The translations under genes were made by a program, and so were the position numbers. A stretch of 64,000 bases of DNA from Malacoraja senta (Eukaryota): contig CM075996.1 in the NCBI GenBank assembly GCA_038087875.1, positions 7,814,001 to 7,878,000 of the forward strand. Direction: 5' to 3'. Under the pieces are notes generated by a model. The model did not search any database and was not told where the DNA came from. It worked only from the letters and a program-made list of their open reading frames with translations. How positions within the stretch are numbered: position 1 is the stretch's first letter; each line of letters opens with the position of its first letter. This document shows, one piece after another, positions 1-13,752 of the stretch.

Positions 1-234
1 AGGCATCTGTAGAAAGAGAAACGGTTAGTATTCTGAAGGGCCATTTGCCTCCAAGATTAGCTCTGTTTCTCTCTCTGTGGATGCTGCCTGACATGCTGAG
101 TATTGCCAGCGATTTGTTTTAACGTTACGACCGTGCCAACATCTCCAGCTTCGCTTTGCTTCACTGTCTGGCACATACTTGCCAGCGGCAGAAACACAAA
201 CACTTTGTCATTAACTGAAAGATTTCCTTTGGCA

Positions 235-312
235 GACCACTCGAATGACGTGGAACTGAAGTTGAGATCCAGCAAGGAAGAAGCAATGTCTATCTTGTCA
301 TTTACTCGCTGA
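235..312 (+). CDS. Possible terminal coding exon of an unidentified plus-strand gene
   Basis: Acceptor-like atttcctttggcag, then (D)HSNDVELKLRSSKEEAMSILSFTR*, with ATTAAA/AATAAA about 70 nt downstream. Protein not recognised. Confidence 0.3.
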   Translation, partial: DHSNDVELKLRSSKEEAMSILSFTR

Positions 313-3086
313 TCATTTTTTAAACCAATTTTTGGTTTTTTTTTTTAATTGTTAAATCTTGCCACCAATGTAACAGATTTATATTAAATAAATGCAGCAA
401 ATTAAATGTTTTAATGGTATCTTGTCTCCTTGTTTTGCCCCTCCCTCACCCCACTTCTGTCTTTGCTGATCTGTGAGATAAGCACGAAATGCTGGAGTAA
501 CTCAGTGGACAGGCAGCATCTCTGGAGAGAGGGAATGGGTGACGTTTTAGGTCAAGACCTTTCGTCAGTCTCGACCTGAAACGTCGCCCATACCTTTTCG
601 CCAAGATGCTGCCAGTCCCACTGGGTTACTCCAGCATTTTGTGTCTATCTTTGATTTAAACCAGCATCTGCAGTTCTTTCCTACACATTTTGCTGATGTG
701 AACTTGGCTCATGCAAGGATAAGGATTCTAATTCCTGATCCATTTACGTTCTAGGTGCTAATGGCGATAAAAGTAAGATCAAAACTGCATTTCTGAAACC
801 ATTATTAGATATTGCAGCAGATGAGTTGCTGGGACAAAAAGATTCAAGAAAGGATGTTAGGAGCATCTTTGAGAAATGTATATTCCTGCAATTTTATTGT
901 ATTGCCTTTTAACAACCCTGATGGCTTATGGTGCTTGGGGATAGTGACATACTATAATGTAGGTAACAAAACTATAGGTAGTGCCTGTGATAAGACCCCA
1001 CAGAACCCAACAGCAGATGATAAATTGGGTCATCCTCACTGAGCATAAATATAGGCCAGGAATATTACTCTTCAAGCTCCAAAGACAAAGGTATGGAGGT
1101 TAATGTAAATATCTTGGTAAATGTAAACGTTGTCCCTAGTGTGTGTAGGATAGTGTTAATATGCAGGGAGTTGCTGGTCGGCGAGGACCCGGTGGGCCGA
1201 AGGGCCTGTTCCTCTATCTCTGTATCTGTATCTCTGTATCTGTTCCTGTATCTCTAAACCAATAAACTAAACTAAACAGCGATTCGGGCCGAAACCCTTC
1301 TTCAGTTGCCTTCGAGTGCATTCGAATACTGCTATTCTTTATGACCTTGTATCTCAGTCTGAAGAAGGGTTTCGGCCCGAAACGTTGCCTATTTCCTTGG
1401 CTCCATTGATGCTGCTGCACCCGCTGAGTTGCTCCAGCATTTTTGTCTACCTTTGATTTTCCAGCATCTGCAGTTCCTTCTTAAACTAAACATATAGTTA
1501 CATGGTTATGAATAGTTTCATGGCTGATACCGTCTCATCCAGCTGGACCACAGGTCCCACCACCTGGTCTTTTGTGCCGAAGTGTTTCAAGTGCTCTCAT
1601 CCGAACACTTAAATGCTGACCCAGCGTCAACTACTCTCTCTGACAGTGCATTCCAGGGACTTATCTCTTTGGGTGAAGCAGGTCTCCATTTTCCCTCCAA
1701 ATTTCTTACTCACCTAAAATTCATCCTCTTATCTACCTCTAATCTATGAGAAAATATTTCCTGTAGTCTATCCTATCAATGCCCCTTGTAAAAAGATGAG
1801 GAGACATTTATTTAGTCAGAGGGTGGTGAATCTGTGGAATTATTTGCCACAGAAGGCTGTGGAGGCCGTTGGTAGATATTTTTAAGGCAGAGATGGATAG
1901 ATTCCTGATTAGTACGGGTTATGGGGAGAAGGCAGGAGAATGGGGTTAGGAGAGAGAGATAGATCGGCCCTTATTGAATGGCGGAGTAGACTTGATAATA
2001 ATAATAATAGATTTTATTTTAAGGGCGCCTAATACCGAGGTCTCTAGGACACCTTACAATTTAAGAAACATATAAACATATAAACATATAATCAGAGTAA
2101 AACAAGTTATAAAGACATCACAAATACACAAATTAAAAACAGAAATTCGATCCAAAAAAGACAACAACAAAATTCAGAAAACACAACATGAAGGGAGAGC
2201 AGCGGCAGCCAAACCGCGCCAGCGTCCACTCTCCCTTGCGCCCGCCATGTTGGACATAGACTAACACAGACACTTAACACTACACACAAAATCATCCCCC
2301 CACAATGGTTACCACTATGGGGGAAGGCACAATGTCCAGTCCCCAACCCAGTTCTCCCCAGAGTCAGGCCCATCGAGGCCTCCACAGTTGCCTCTACAGA
2401 GGCCCGATGTTCCTGGCCGTCGGGAGAGTCCTCGCAGCGGCTGGAACGGCCGGTTTCCCAGCGGAGTCCATGGCACCTGAAGCCGACAGGGCCGCGCCGA
2501 GTTGGAGCCACGAGGCTCCCGATGTTAAAGTCGGCGCCGCCGCCGCCCGCAGCTGGTCGCTCCGCAGCCCGGCAGCCCGGAGGTGTTGATCTTGGCAGTC
2601 ACCGCATACCGGAGCTCCAGCGCGTCGGTCCAGCGCGGCGACCCAGGCAATGCATCGCCCGCTACGCTCCCCGATAGCGCTCCAGCGCTGTGCTGCCAAC
2701 CGAAGCTGAAGGTGCTGGGCGGTCCCCGTCAGGAAACAGCGCTCCATGCCCGCTGGTACGCCACGAGGACGGGTCGACGAGGCAGCCCGGAGAAAAAGCT
2801 GCCTCACCGACCAGGTAGGGACCTAGAATAAAATTACCCCCATTCACCTTACATTTGGGCCGAATGACCTCATTCCACTCCTATTCTTTATGACCTTGTA
2901 TCTCAATCTTGGCCCCACTTAATAGTGCAAATTGGTCAGATCTTGTATGTCATCGGGAGGGCTGTTAGCATAGTTTCCTCAGGCAAGAGGCTCTTCGCGG
3001 TTACATTTCCTCAGCAGAAATGCTAAGCATGTTATCCTTTTCATAACCTATAAAGAAATACAACCAGAACATGTTTGAGGAAAGAA

Positions 3087-3600
3087 ATTTGAGGAAGGAT
3101 TGTGATTGAGGCAGTGCAGCGTAGGTTCACGAGATTGATCCCTGGGATGGCGGGACTGTCATATGAGGAAAGATTGAAAAAACTAGGCTGGAGTTTAGAA
3201 GGATGAGGGGAGATCTTATAGAAACATATAAAATTATAAAAGGACTGGACAAGCTAGATGCAGGAAAAATGTTCCCAATGTTGGGCGAGTCCAGAACCGA
3301 GGGCCACAGTCTTAGAATAAAGGGGAGGCCATTTAAGACTGAGGTGAGAAGAAACTTTTTCACCCAGAGAGTTGTGAATTTGTGGAATTCCCTACGACAG
3401 AGGGCAGTGGGGGCCAAATCACTGGATGGATTTAAGAGACAGTTAGATAGAGCTCTAGGGGCTAGTGGAATCAAGGGATATGGGGAGAAGGCAGGCACGG
3501 CTTATTGATTGGGGACGATCAACCATGATCACAATGAATGGCGGTGCTGGCTCGAAGAGCCGAATGACCTCCTCCTGCATCTATTTTCTATGTTTCTATG
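3087..3600 (+). mobile_element. CR1 LINE 3' fragment
   Basis: MRGDLIETYKI...FFTQRVVNLWNSL followed by the CR1 3' UTR and tail. Confidence 0.92.
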
Positions 3601-3949
3601 TTGTTACTTTTAATTTTCTCCACCTCGTAACTGAATACATTAACTATCGAAATATCAATATTACTAATGTTTCATCCTTTCACATTGCTTCATTCAAATG
3701 TATGAGAGAGGCTGGTACACAGGGCCCAGCCCCTTAGTATCTAGTGCTCGAAGGATTGTCCTTGGTGTGGTTCTGGTTTCAGGAGTTGCTGTCGAAGTAG
3801 CTTAAGCAAATAACAACACTGCATTTTTAAAATGTTGCACATTGCATCCACTATGCACTAGGGATTGTTGGAATGAAAGTTTAGTTTAGAGATACAGTGT
3901 AGAAACAGGCCCTTCGGCCCGCCGACCATCGATCACCCATGCACTAGTT

Positions 3950-4226
3950 CAGGGGTGGGGAACCTGTGGCCTTCTAGGCCATTAAGTGCGGCCTTTTGAA
4001 TGAATCCAAATTTTGTAGAACAAATCCTTTTATTTTTATTAATATGTTTTTGTTCGTCTTTTATTATTTTTATTTTAATGTTAAAATTAACGTATTTAAA
4101 ATACCAAAGAGTTAAAGAAGATTCAACGAAAGAATCCTATATCTAATTGAAGTTTCTTGGAATGCGGCCTTATTAGATTACAGCTGACATTGCGGCCTTC
4201 CAACATGAAAAGGTTCCCCACCCCTG
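3950..4226. mobile_element. hAT (Charlie-like) MITE inserted into a SINE
   Basis: 16-bp TIR CAGGGGTGGGGAACCT...AGGTTCCCCACCCCTG with a perfect 8-bp TSD CACTAGTT (3942-3949 and 4227-4234). Confidence 0.92.
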
Positions 4227-5408
4227 CACTAGTTCTATCCTACACATTGGGGACAAGTTACAGAAGCCAATTAACCTGCAAACCTGTACGTCTTTGGGAT
4301 GTAGGAGGAAACCAGAGCTGCCAGAGAAAACCCACGCGGTCACACAGGGAGAACATTCAAACTCCATACAGACAGCGCCTAAGGTGCACAACTCTACCGC
4401 TGTGCCACCCTAGTTGTGGATGGAGTGCTTGTCAAGTAGACTACTTTGACTTGGATGGCATAGGACTTCTTGCAAGGGGGTGATTTAAGGTGTCCATGAC
4501 CTGATTTGAGAAAGTAAGTAGAATTATTTCCTCTCGGGGAAGGAGTAGTTGCCCTATGATTTTTTTGGGGGGGGGGGGTTCCAGAAGTTATGCCACAAAC
4601 TTCACAGACTTTGGAACAAACGCAAGCAGCTTTATCTGTGTAACCCAGGCCAATGTATTATTGCAGAGCCAAACAGCAGAGTTAGTTGGTGTCGGGGGGG
4701 GGGGGGGGAATAGTCCCATTCCCTTGGTGATAATTACTAAGGCAGACTGTGTCCTAGAGAGTACCGACTGGCTGGCTTTGAACCAAACATCTAAGATCTT
4801 TGCTCCGAACTTCAGTCATCAAAGCTGCCACAGCTGATTAGTCTGGTGTCAGATTTGCCTGCACTTCAAGCTAGGCTGCACATGTTTTGTTTGGTTGAGA
4901 GACTGTGAAAGGCTCTGCTGGGTTTGAACGTGTGCTGGCACTTGGCCAGGGCAGTGAAGGCATCCTGCGTCCAACCTGTGACCTCAACCAGCAAGGGGCA
5001 GGTGCCTCCTATGCCAGCTGGAATGCTGCAGTGACAGCCCTCCGTGCACAGTTCGTGCACATTTATCACGCTCCTTCCCACAGCCGGCTGTTGTCATTGC
5101 ATCGGCACCGTGAAGCCTCTCTGCTCCCAGGCAATGGAAGCCTTGAAACTGCCTCTTGCTGACAGAATGGAAATTTCAAACGCTTCGGGCAGGGAGACAG
5201 CTGCAGGAGTAGTTGGATGCGGGACAAGACCCTTCTGATCAAAACGAACGGGTGTTCTGGGGTTTATGTGGATTGGAACAGTGGTGTACGAACACCAGAA
5301 TGTGGTGGTCTGGGATAAATGGCCTAGCGCAGACTGGGCCATCGTTTCGCTGAACACCTTCGTTCAGTCCACCTTGGCCTACGCAATCTCTCAGTTGCCA
5401 AACACTTT

Positions 5409-6252
5409 CAAGTCAAGTCAAGTCACATTTATTTATATAGCACATTTAAAAAACTACTCTCGTTGGCCAAAGTGCTTTACATTTGTTATAAGAATAGCAT
5501 AAACAAAACAAACTACATACATATATACATGTAGCCCTCACTTAGAGGACGTCGGGAAAGGCTTGGGAGTATAGATAAGTTTTTAGTCTTGACTTAAAAG
5601 AGTCGATGGAGGGGGCAGTTCTGATGGGAAAGGGGATGCTGTTCCACAGTCTAGGGGCTGCAACCGCAAAGGCGCGGTCGCCCCTGAGCTTATGCCTAGA
5701 CCGTGGGATATTCAGCAACCCCAAGTCGGCCGATCTGAGGGGCCTGGAGGTGGAGTGGTGGGTGAGAAGACTTTTTATGTAGGTGGGGGCAAGCCCATTG
5801 AGGGCTTTGTAGACATGGAGGAGGATCTTGAAGTTTATACGGAACCGCACAGGGAGCCAGTGGAGAGAGGCCAGAATCGGGGTGATGTGGTCCCTTTTTC
5901 GGGTGCCCGTCAGGAGTCTCGCTGCGGCGTTTTGGACCAGTTGCAGGCGGGACAGGGAAGATTGGCTGATGCCAGTGTAAAGGGAGTTGCAGTAATCTAG
6001 GCGGGAGGAGATGAATGTGTGGATGATCTTTTCCAGGTCATCAAACTGGAGGAATTGGTTTATTTTAGCTATCGTCCGAAGCTGAAAGAAGCTAGCTTTT
6101 ACCACGGCATTGACTTGTTTGTCAAATTTCAGTGCTGAGTCAAATATCACGCCATGGTTATTGACGTGAGGTTTGAGTAGTGGGGTAAGGCTTCCAAGGC
6201 TGCCTGCTATCATTTTGATTGAGTCCGAGGGGCCGAGAAGGATGACTTTAAC
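5409..6252 (-). mobile_element. L2-clade LINE 3' fragment inserted into a Penelope fragment
   Basis: ORF contains FISSRLDYCNSL..LQLVQNAAARLL..HITPILASLHWLPV..RAFAVAAPRLWN and has a (TGACT)n tail. Penelope sequence lies at 5327-5408 and resumes at 6302. Confidence 0.92.
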
Positions 6253-7416
6253 TCCCCTTTTTTGTGTACCTTTGATTTTCCAGCATCTGCAGTTCCTTCT
6301 TAAACACTTTAACTCCCCTTCCCATTCCCATACTGACATTTCTGTCCTGGGCCTCCTCCATTGTCAGAGTGAGGCCACACGCTTATCAGGAGAACAGCAC
6401 CTCATATTTTGCTTGGGCAGCTTACACCCCAGCGGTACGAATATTGATTTCTCTAATTTCAAGTAACCTCTGCTTTCCTCTCTCTCCATCCCTCCCCCAC
6501 CCTAGTTCTCTGACTAGTTTCACTGTCCTCCTGATTCATTTTACAATATGTACGCCTCGTTGTCACCTTCCCCTCAGCTAACAACGAACCATTTTACATC
6601 CGCTTTGATCTGTCGTCACCCATTCCTTCTCTCCAGAGAAGCTGCCTGCCCCGCTGAGTTACTCCAGCATTTTGCGTGCATCTAATGAGTCTTGGACTGA
6701 GTCCAATGGGAGAGGTCACGTGTTTATTGATTTTCCCCACATGTGGCCTAGTCAGAGAGATTCCCGTCAGGATCCTCAGCTATTCAACTGTAGTTGTTGC
6801 ACAGCGGACCCTGTTCCTACACCACTCTTTCCCATCGCCCAGTATCCTGGAGGCAACGGCCTACAAAACACCCATGGAAGACCTCCTTCAGAACAAGTAA
6901 GGTTTGATGGCTTGCCCTCCGATATTGTGTGTGTGACCACTGCACATGGAGCCGATGTGCAAGGTGCAGGCAGAGGAGTGCTGACTGCACAACTGAAACC
7001 AGGTTAAGTCACGGGATCGGTATGTGGACTTGTCCCAGTTCCAACTTTCTCCACACCTTCCTTTGTGACATTGAGCCTTGTTGATGCACCTCTATGTTCC
7101 TTCTGGCACGCACTCCGATGGATAGGACCAAGCCCTTGGGCTCATTTCTACCCTCACCACCCACTCCCCCACTGCAAAGAACCCAAACCCAACCCCACCC
7201 CAGATCTGAGACGTTTCTACAGGACCAACACGGTGCTCCCAATGTGAAATAACAGCCAACAATACACTGTTTTGTGTAGGAAGGAACTGCAGATAGACAA
7301 AAATGCTGGAGAAACTCAGCGAGTGAGGCAGCATCTATGGAGTGAAGGAAATAGGCAACGTTTCGAGTCGAAACCCTTCAGACTTTTCCAGCATCTGCAG
7401 TTCCATGTTAAACTCA

Positions 7417-7838
7417 CTTGTACTCGCTAAAATTTAGAAGATTGAGGGGGGATCTTATAGAAACTTACAAAATTCTTAAGGGGTTGGACAGGCTAGATGC
7501 AGGAAGATTGTTCCTGATGTTGGGGAAGTCCAGGACAAGAGGTCACAGTTTAAGGATAAAGGGGAAATCCTTTAGGACCGAGATGAGAAAAACATTTTTC
7601 ACACAGAGAGTGGTGAATCTCTGGAACTCTCTGCCACAGAAGGTAGTTGAGGCCAGTTCATTGGCTATATTTAAGAGGGAGTTAGATGTGGCCCTTGTGG
7701 CTAAAGGGATCAGGGGGTATGGAGAGAAGGCAGGTACAGGATACTGAGTTGGATGATCAGCCATGATCATATTGAATGGCGGTGCAGGCTCGAAGGGCCG
7801 AATGGCCTACTCCTGCACCTATTTTCTATGTTTCTATG
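7417..7838 (+). mobile_element. CR1 LINE 3' fragment
   Basis: RRLRGDLIETYKI...QRVVNLWNSLPQ and a (TTTCTATG)n tail. Confidence 0.92.
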
Positions 7839-10800
7839 TTAAACAGGGAACTGCAGATGCTGGTTTAAACCGAAGATAGACACAAAATGCTGGAGTAACT
7901 GAATGGGCCAGACAGCATCTCTGGAGAAAAAGACTGGCTAGGTGACGTTTCTTCTTCAGTGCATAGTTTGAAGTCGGAAGAAGGGTCTGAACCCGAAGAA
8001 TACACAGTTTGAACATGCTGGTGAGGAGGCAGCTTTGATCCGAATCCAATTTAATGTTAATTATTTGGTTAGGGTGTGTCGACGTTAGCCTGCTGGCGTA
8101 CAGCCCATCCCTGGTTGGTCTAGGACACTGAACATGGCACCGGAGTTGCAACTAAACATTTTTCTTTGTCCTGAGGCACACGGGCGACCTAGTTTGGTTT
8201 CCATGGCAACCTGCAGCATCCTCTGGGTTTGCCCTTAGCCAATCATTTAAAAAACATAGAAGCACACAAACGGGCCCTTCGGCCCACTGTGTTTGTGCTG
8301 AACATGATGCTAGGTTTAACTGATCTCCTCTGCTTGTACATGATCCATATCCTTCTATTCCTTGCACTTCCATGGGCCTATCTACCAGCCTCTTAAAAAC
8401 ACCACTAAACACCCGAGGCTCCACTACCACTCCGGCCAATATATTCCAGGCTCCCATCACTCTCTGTGTGTAAGAATTGTCCTGCACATCTCCATTAAGC
8501 TTTCCTCCTCTCTTCTTATAGCTATGCCCTCTAGATTTTAGAAGTTAGAGATACATCATGGAAAAGGGACCTTTGGCCCACCAAGTCTGGTCTGATCACA
8601 TAGACTAACACTATCCTGCACATTAGGGACAATTTACTATTTTACCTACATATAACCTACTAGGTTACCTACAAATTACCTACTAGGTCAATTAACCTGC
8701 AAACCTCTATGTCTTTGGGGTGTGGGAGAAAACCCACACAGTCACAGGGAGAACATACAAACTCCGTAGAGACAGCACCCGTGGTCAGGATGGAACCCGG
8801 GTCTCTGGCGCTGTGAGACACCAACTCTACCCGCTGCACCACCTCTGGTTTAGTACATTTCCACCCTGGGGAAAAAGGTTCTGACAGTCTACCCTATCTA
8901 GGGCATACTTCTAGAATTTATTTTGAGTTATTACGGTGGGTTGGAATCTTGTCCCGAGGGTTTTGACGCCACTATCTAAGCCATGCCTTAATATGGACGG
9001 AGTTAGCTGACTGACGCAGGTTGGCAGTGGTAGAGGGTGTGGGAACTGTCTTCAGTGCATGGGATGGTGGGGTAAAGGGCGAGGAGTGAAAATCAGCCGG
9101 ATCCATTGACAACGAATGAGGGAGCTTCCAGGAGGAGCAGAGTTGCACGACGTGCATCAGGAGGATCAATGCCTCGAGGGAAGGAGTGGAGAAACTTCAA
9201 GCAGAAACAAGCTCATCTGCCAGTGCAAATCCGCTGCTGGGCGGGATTAAACCTCCGCCACACTCTACACCAGGAGGAGACTCGGGTGCTGGCCGAGCTT
9301 GTGTTCCATGTGTAGGAAGGAACTGCAGATGCTGGTTTAAACCAAAGACAGACACAAGAAGCTGGAGTAACTCAGCGGGACAGGCAGCATCTCTGGAGAA
9401 AAGGAATAGGTGACGTTTACGGGTCTGAAGAAGGATCTCGACCCAAAACGTCACCTATTCCTTTTCTCCAGAGATGCTGCCTGTCCTGCTGAGTTACTCC
9501 AGCTCTTTGTATCTATCTTGTGTTACGTGTGCTGGACACAAAATGCTGGAGTAACTCAGCGAGACAGGCAGCATCTCTGGAGAGTAGAAATGGGTGACGT
9601 TTTGGGTCGAGACCCTTCTTCATGTGTTACATGAAGGCGATTGGGGATGATCAGCCATGATCACATTGAATGGCGGTGCTGGCTCGAAGGGCTGAATGGC
9701 CTACTCCTGCACCTATTGTCTATTGTCTACATGTGCCAGGCACTTCTGGAAGTGATGGCTTCTAATGGGTCACAGTGTCGCCCCTAACTGGGCAAGGCAT
9801 GTTACTGCAACGGGCATCACCACCCAGTTGGATTCTCAACGGGTTCAATGATGCTTTTATTGTCACGTGTACAAATGCACAGTGAAATTATTTTCGTACA
9901 CACAGAGTATCATCACACCTAAGCACGATCCCCGATTAACAAAGTGTACAGAAATAATCCACTGAGCCCGAGGCCAGGTCTTGGTGCCATTTTCAAAGTC
10001 CAGTCCTCACCGGTTAGTGATCGGCTGTAGGAGTCCTGTCTTGCCACTTGAGGCCAGCTAAACACTCCTAGCAGTGAAACCCAACCTATGCAAACATCAC
10101 AGCACAGATGAAATAAATTGCTCAGCTGAAAACCAAACACCATGGTCAAACGTCACCTTTCCCATGTTCTCCAGAGATGCTGCCTAACCCATTGAGTTAC
10201 TCCAGCTCTTTTTGTCTTTTTTTATAAACCAGCACCTGCAGTTCCATGTGTCTACCGCTCCCAAACATGTTAGGTGTGGATTAGTGGACAGGCACCTTAC
10301 TCCTTCTGAACCTTCTGAATTTTGGACAATTTTATCAAGCCAATTAACCTACAAACCTGTACGTCTTTGGAGTGTGGGAGGAAACCGAAGATCTCAGAGA
10401 AACCCACGCAGGTCACGGGGAGAACGTACTAACTCCATTCAGACAGCACCCGTAGTCGGGATCGAACCCGGGTCTCTGGGGCTGCATTTTGCTGTAAGGC
10501 ACCAACTCTACCGCTGTGCCACCGTGACTCTGCTTTGTTCTGTACCTTCCCATACCTCTGAAGTCCACCCGCCGACTCTCAGTCTGATGAAGGGTCTCGA
10601 CCTAAATATTCACCGATTTTCTCCAGAGAATCTGCTTGACCAGCTAAGTTACTCCAGCATTTAGTGTCTATCTTCAGTGAATAAACCAGCATCTGCAGTT
10701 CCTTCTTACACATACTCACTCAGGCAGTACTGATCTCAGAAACACAACAGCCATCTATTGCCTGAGGTTGACACAAAAAGTTGGAGTAAGTCAGCGGGAC

Positions 10801-12319
10801 AGGCAGTATCTCTGTAGAGGAGGAAAGGGTGCCATTCCTTCTCTCCAGAGATGCTGCCTGTCCCGCTGAGTTACTCCAGCTTTGTGTGTCCACCTTTAAA
10901 CCAGCATCTGCAGTTCCTTCCTACACATTGCCTGAGGTCATTTGTTGCTGGCCCTGATTGATCTTGGTCTTTTCCCGATCTAGCTCCTCACTCCCCCTCT
11001 CACACCCCCGACTTTCAGTGAGAAGAAAGGTCCCAACCCCAAACGTTGCTTGACCCGCTGAGATAATAGACAATAGACAATAGGTGCAGGAGTAGGCCAT
11101 TCAGCCCTTCGAGCCAGCACCGCCATTCAATGTGATCATGGCTGATGTTGCTTGACTCGCTGAGTAACTCCAGCACACTGTTCATTCCCACAGTGGCATT
11201 GAATTTGCGATGCCTTTAATACTAGACAAGAAGAATAACCATATTCAGCCAGGAATGCTGTGTGGATGATCGCTCTGCTACCACTAATCCTCACCATCAC
11301 AGAATGGTGACTCGATTCCATTCATTCCATTCATTCTGGGGCTGGGGACTGGACATTGTGCCTTCCCCCACAGTGGAAATCATTGTGGGGGGATGATTTT
11401 TGTATGTAATTGTTTGTAATTGTATTTGTTAGTCTGTGTTCAAGATGGCGGTCGGAGGGGAGAGTGGACGCTGGCGCGGTTTCGCTGCCGCTGCTCTCTC
11501 CTCAAATTGTGCTTCTGATTTTCTTTTTTTTGTGTTTTTGGAAGGAATTCTGTCCCTGATTTGTGTATTGGTCTTTATAACTTATTTTTTTATTCTGATT
11601 ATATGTTTCCTATAAATCTCTGTAAGGTGTCCTTGAGACCTCGGTATAAGGCGCCCGTAAATAAAATTCATCATTATTATTATTATTATTCCACCAGATA
11701 TCAAGGAAGTGCTGGGAACAGCAAACACTATGGGGCCAGGCAACATTCCCAGGGGCAGTGATGAAGGCCAGCTCTCCAGATGCGGAAAATTGAACAGACA
11801 TGGCTTTAGACTTTAGAGATCCAACACGGCCCACCGAGTCCGGGCCAACCAGGGATCTCCCCGTACACCAGCACTATCCTACACACTAGAGACAATTTAC
11901 AATTACAGACGTAAATGAACCTATAAATCTGCACATCTTTGGAGTGCGGGGAGGAAACCGGAGCAACCAAGAAAACCTATGTGGTCACAGGGAGAACTTA
12001 CAAACTCCATATAGACAGCACAAGTAGTCAGGATCAAATCCAGGTGTCTGGTGCTGTAAGGCAGCAACTCTACCGCTGTGCCTCCGTGCCATCAAACAGC
12101 AACCCGGCTAATTACTGCCCAGTCAGTCTATTCTGACCATCAATGACGTGATGGAAACTGTTATTGACAGTGCAATCAAGTGGTGCTTACTAGTCATTGG
12201 GTATTTTTAAAGCAGAGATTGATAGGTAAAGCGGTGATTGATTAGTAAAGGCGTTACGGGGAGAAGGCAGCAGAATTGGATTGATGGGGAGAAATAGATC
12301 AGCCACGATTGAATGGCAC

Positions 12320-13752
12320 AGAAACACAGAAAATAGGTGCATGAGTAGGCCATTCGGCCCTTCGAGCCTGCACCGCCATTCAATATGATCATGGCTGATC
12401 ATCCAACTCAGTATCCCGTACCTGCCTTCTCTCCATACCCCCTGATCCCTTTAGCCACAAGGGCCACATCTAACTTCCTCTTAAATATAGCCAATGAACT
12501 GGCCTCGACTACCTTCTGTGGCAGAGAATTCCACAGATTCACCACTCTCTGTGTGAAAAATGTAAGATAAGATAAGAGACATTTATTTGTCAGATGTACC
12601 AATTGGTACAGTGAAATGTGTGGTGGCCATACAGCCACACGGATAATAAAGAGCACAGAACACGATAGTCTTTAACACAGACATCCCCACACAGCGGGAT
12701 CAAAGTTTCCCCACTGTGAGGGAAGGCTCCAAAGTTCAGTCCTCCTCTGTTGTCCTCCCGAGGTCGGAGAGCTCCCGAACCCCCCGCTGTCGCCACTAAG
12801 GGCGGCCCGATGTTCAGGCCCACTCGCCGGGGTGATGGAAGTCCGACATCGGGCTGGAGGACATCCTCCGCAGCTTGGACATCCGAAACGGCCACCTCCT
12901 ACCGGAGTCCGCGGCTCCCGAAGTCTACAGGCCGCGCCGGGCGGAGATTCAACGCTGGCGGCCCTCGGCAAATGGCCCCAGGTCTCCGCAATGTTGAAGA
13001 CAGCGCCGGTCGCGCTGGAAGCTCTGCAGCTCCGATGTTGAAGCAGCAGGCCCAACACTCCGGAGCCTCCACGGCGATCCCAGGTAAGGCATCGCCCGCT
13101 CCGCGGTGAATCCAGCGCTGCGCCGCCGCTGCTGGAGCTCTGGTCCGGTCCCCGGCAGGAAAGGCCGCTCCAATCCAGGTGGTAGACCACGAGGAGGGGG
13201 GCGAGGACGCGACTCGGAGAATAGTCGCGTCCTCGCTAGGAAGTGACTGGGAAACGGTTTCCCCCTTACCCTACCCCCCTCCCCCACATAGAAAAGTTAG
13301 AGAAACTAAAGAAACATACTTTTAAAACGAACTAAAAATAAAAATAAGATAGAAAAACAAACAGACTGTAGGCAGAGGCTGCCTTCAATGCGGCGCCCCT
13401 AGTGCCCCTAGAAATGTTTTTCTCATCTCGGTCCTAAAAGACTTCCCCCTTTATCCTTAAACTGTGTCCCCTTGTTCTGGACTTCCCCAACATCGGGAAC
13501 AATCTTCCTGCATCTAGCCTGTCCAACCCCTTAAGAATTTTGTACGTTTCTATAAGATCCCCCCTCAATCTCCTAAATTCTAGCGAGTACAAGCCGAGTC
13601 TATCCAGTCTTTCTTCATATGAAAGTCCTGCCATCCCAGGAATCAGTCTGGTGAACCTTCTCTGTACTCCCTCTATGGCAAGAATGTATTTCCTCAGATT
13701 AGGAGACCAAAACTGTACGCAATACTCCAGGTGTGGTCTCACCAAGGCCCTG
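12320..13752 (-). mobile_element. CR1 LINE 3' fragment split by an insertion at about 12564-13410
   Basis: CR1 ORF2 sequence at 13411-13752 continues at 12563-12320. AAATGT is repeated at both junctions. Confidence 0.9.
12564..13410 (-). mobile_element. GC-rich non-coding non-autonomous retroelement with (TCTTA)n tail
   Basis: Interrupts a CR1 copy and has a microsatellite tail. Homologous blocks at about 1995-2850, 11330-11690, 16510-17100, 28105-28330, 59245-59730 and 63280-63680. Confidence 0.7.

Noticed and set aside
2107..2847. Overlapping GC-rich ORFs (also at 12590-13287, 59075-59741 and 63460-63666)
   Set aside because: They lie within the repeated GC-rich non-coding retroelement family. 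Open frames reflect the low stop-codon frequency of GC-rich DNA.
6700..7250. Possible plus-strand exon ending CAGAACAA|GTAAGG (VREIPVRILSY...EDLLQN)
   Set aside because: No recognisable homology and a poor acceptor. The minus strand looks more like a decayed Tx1/L1 3' end with AATAAA.
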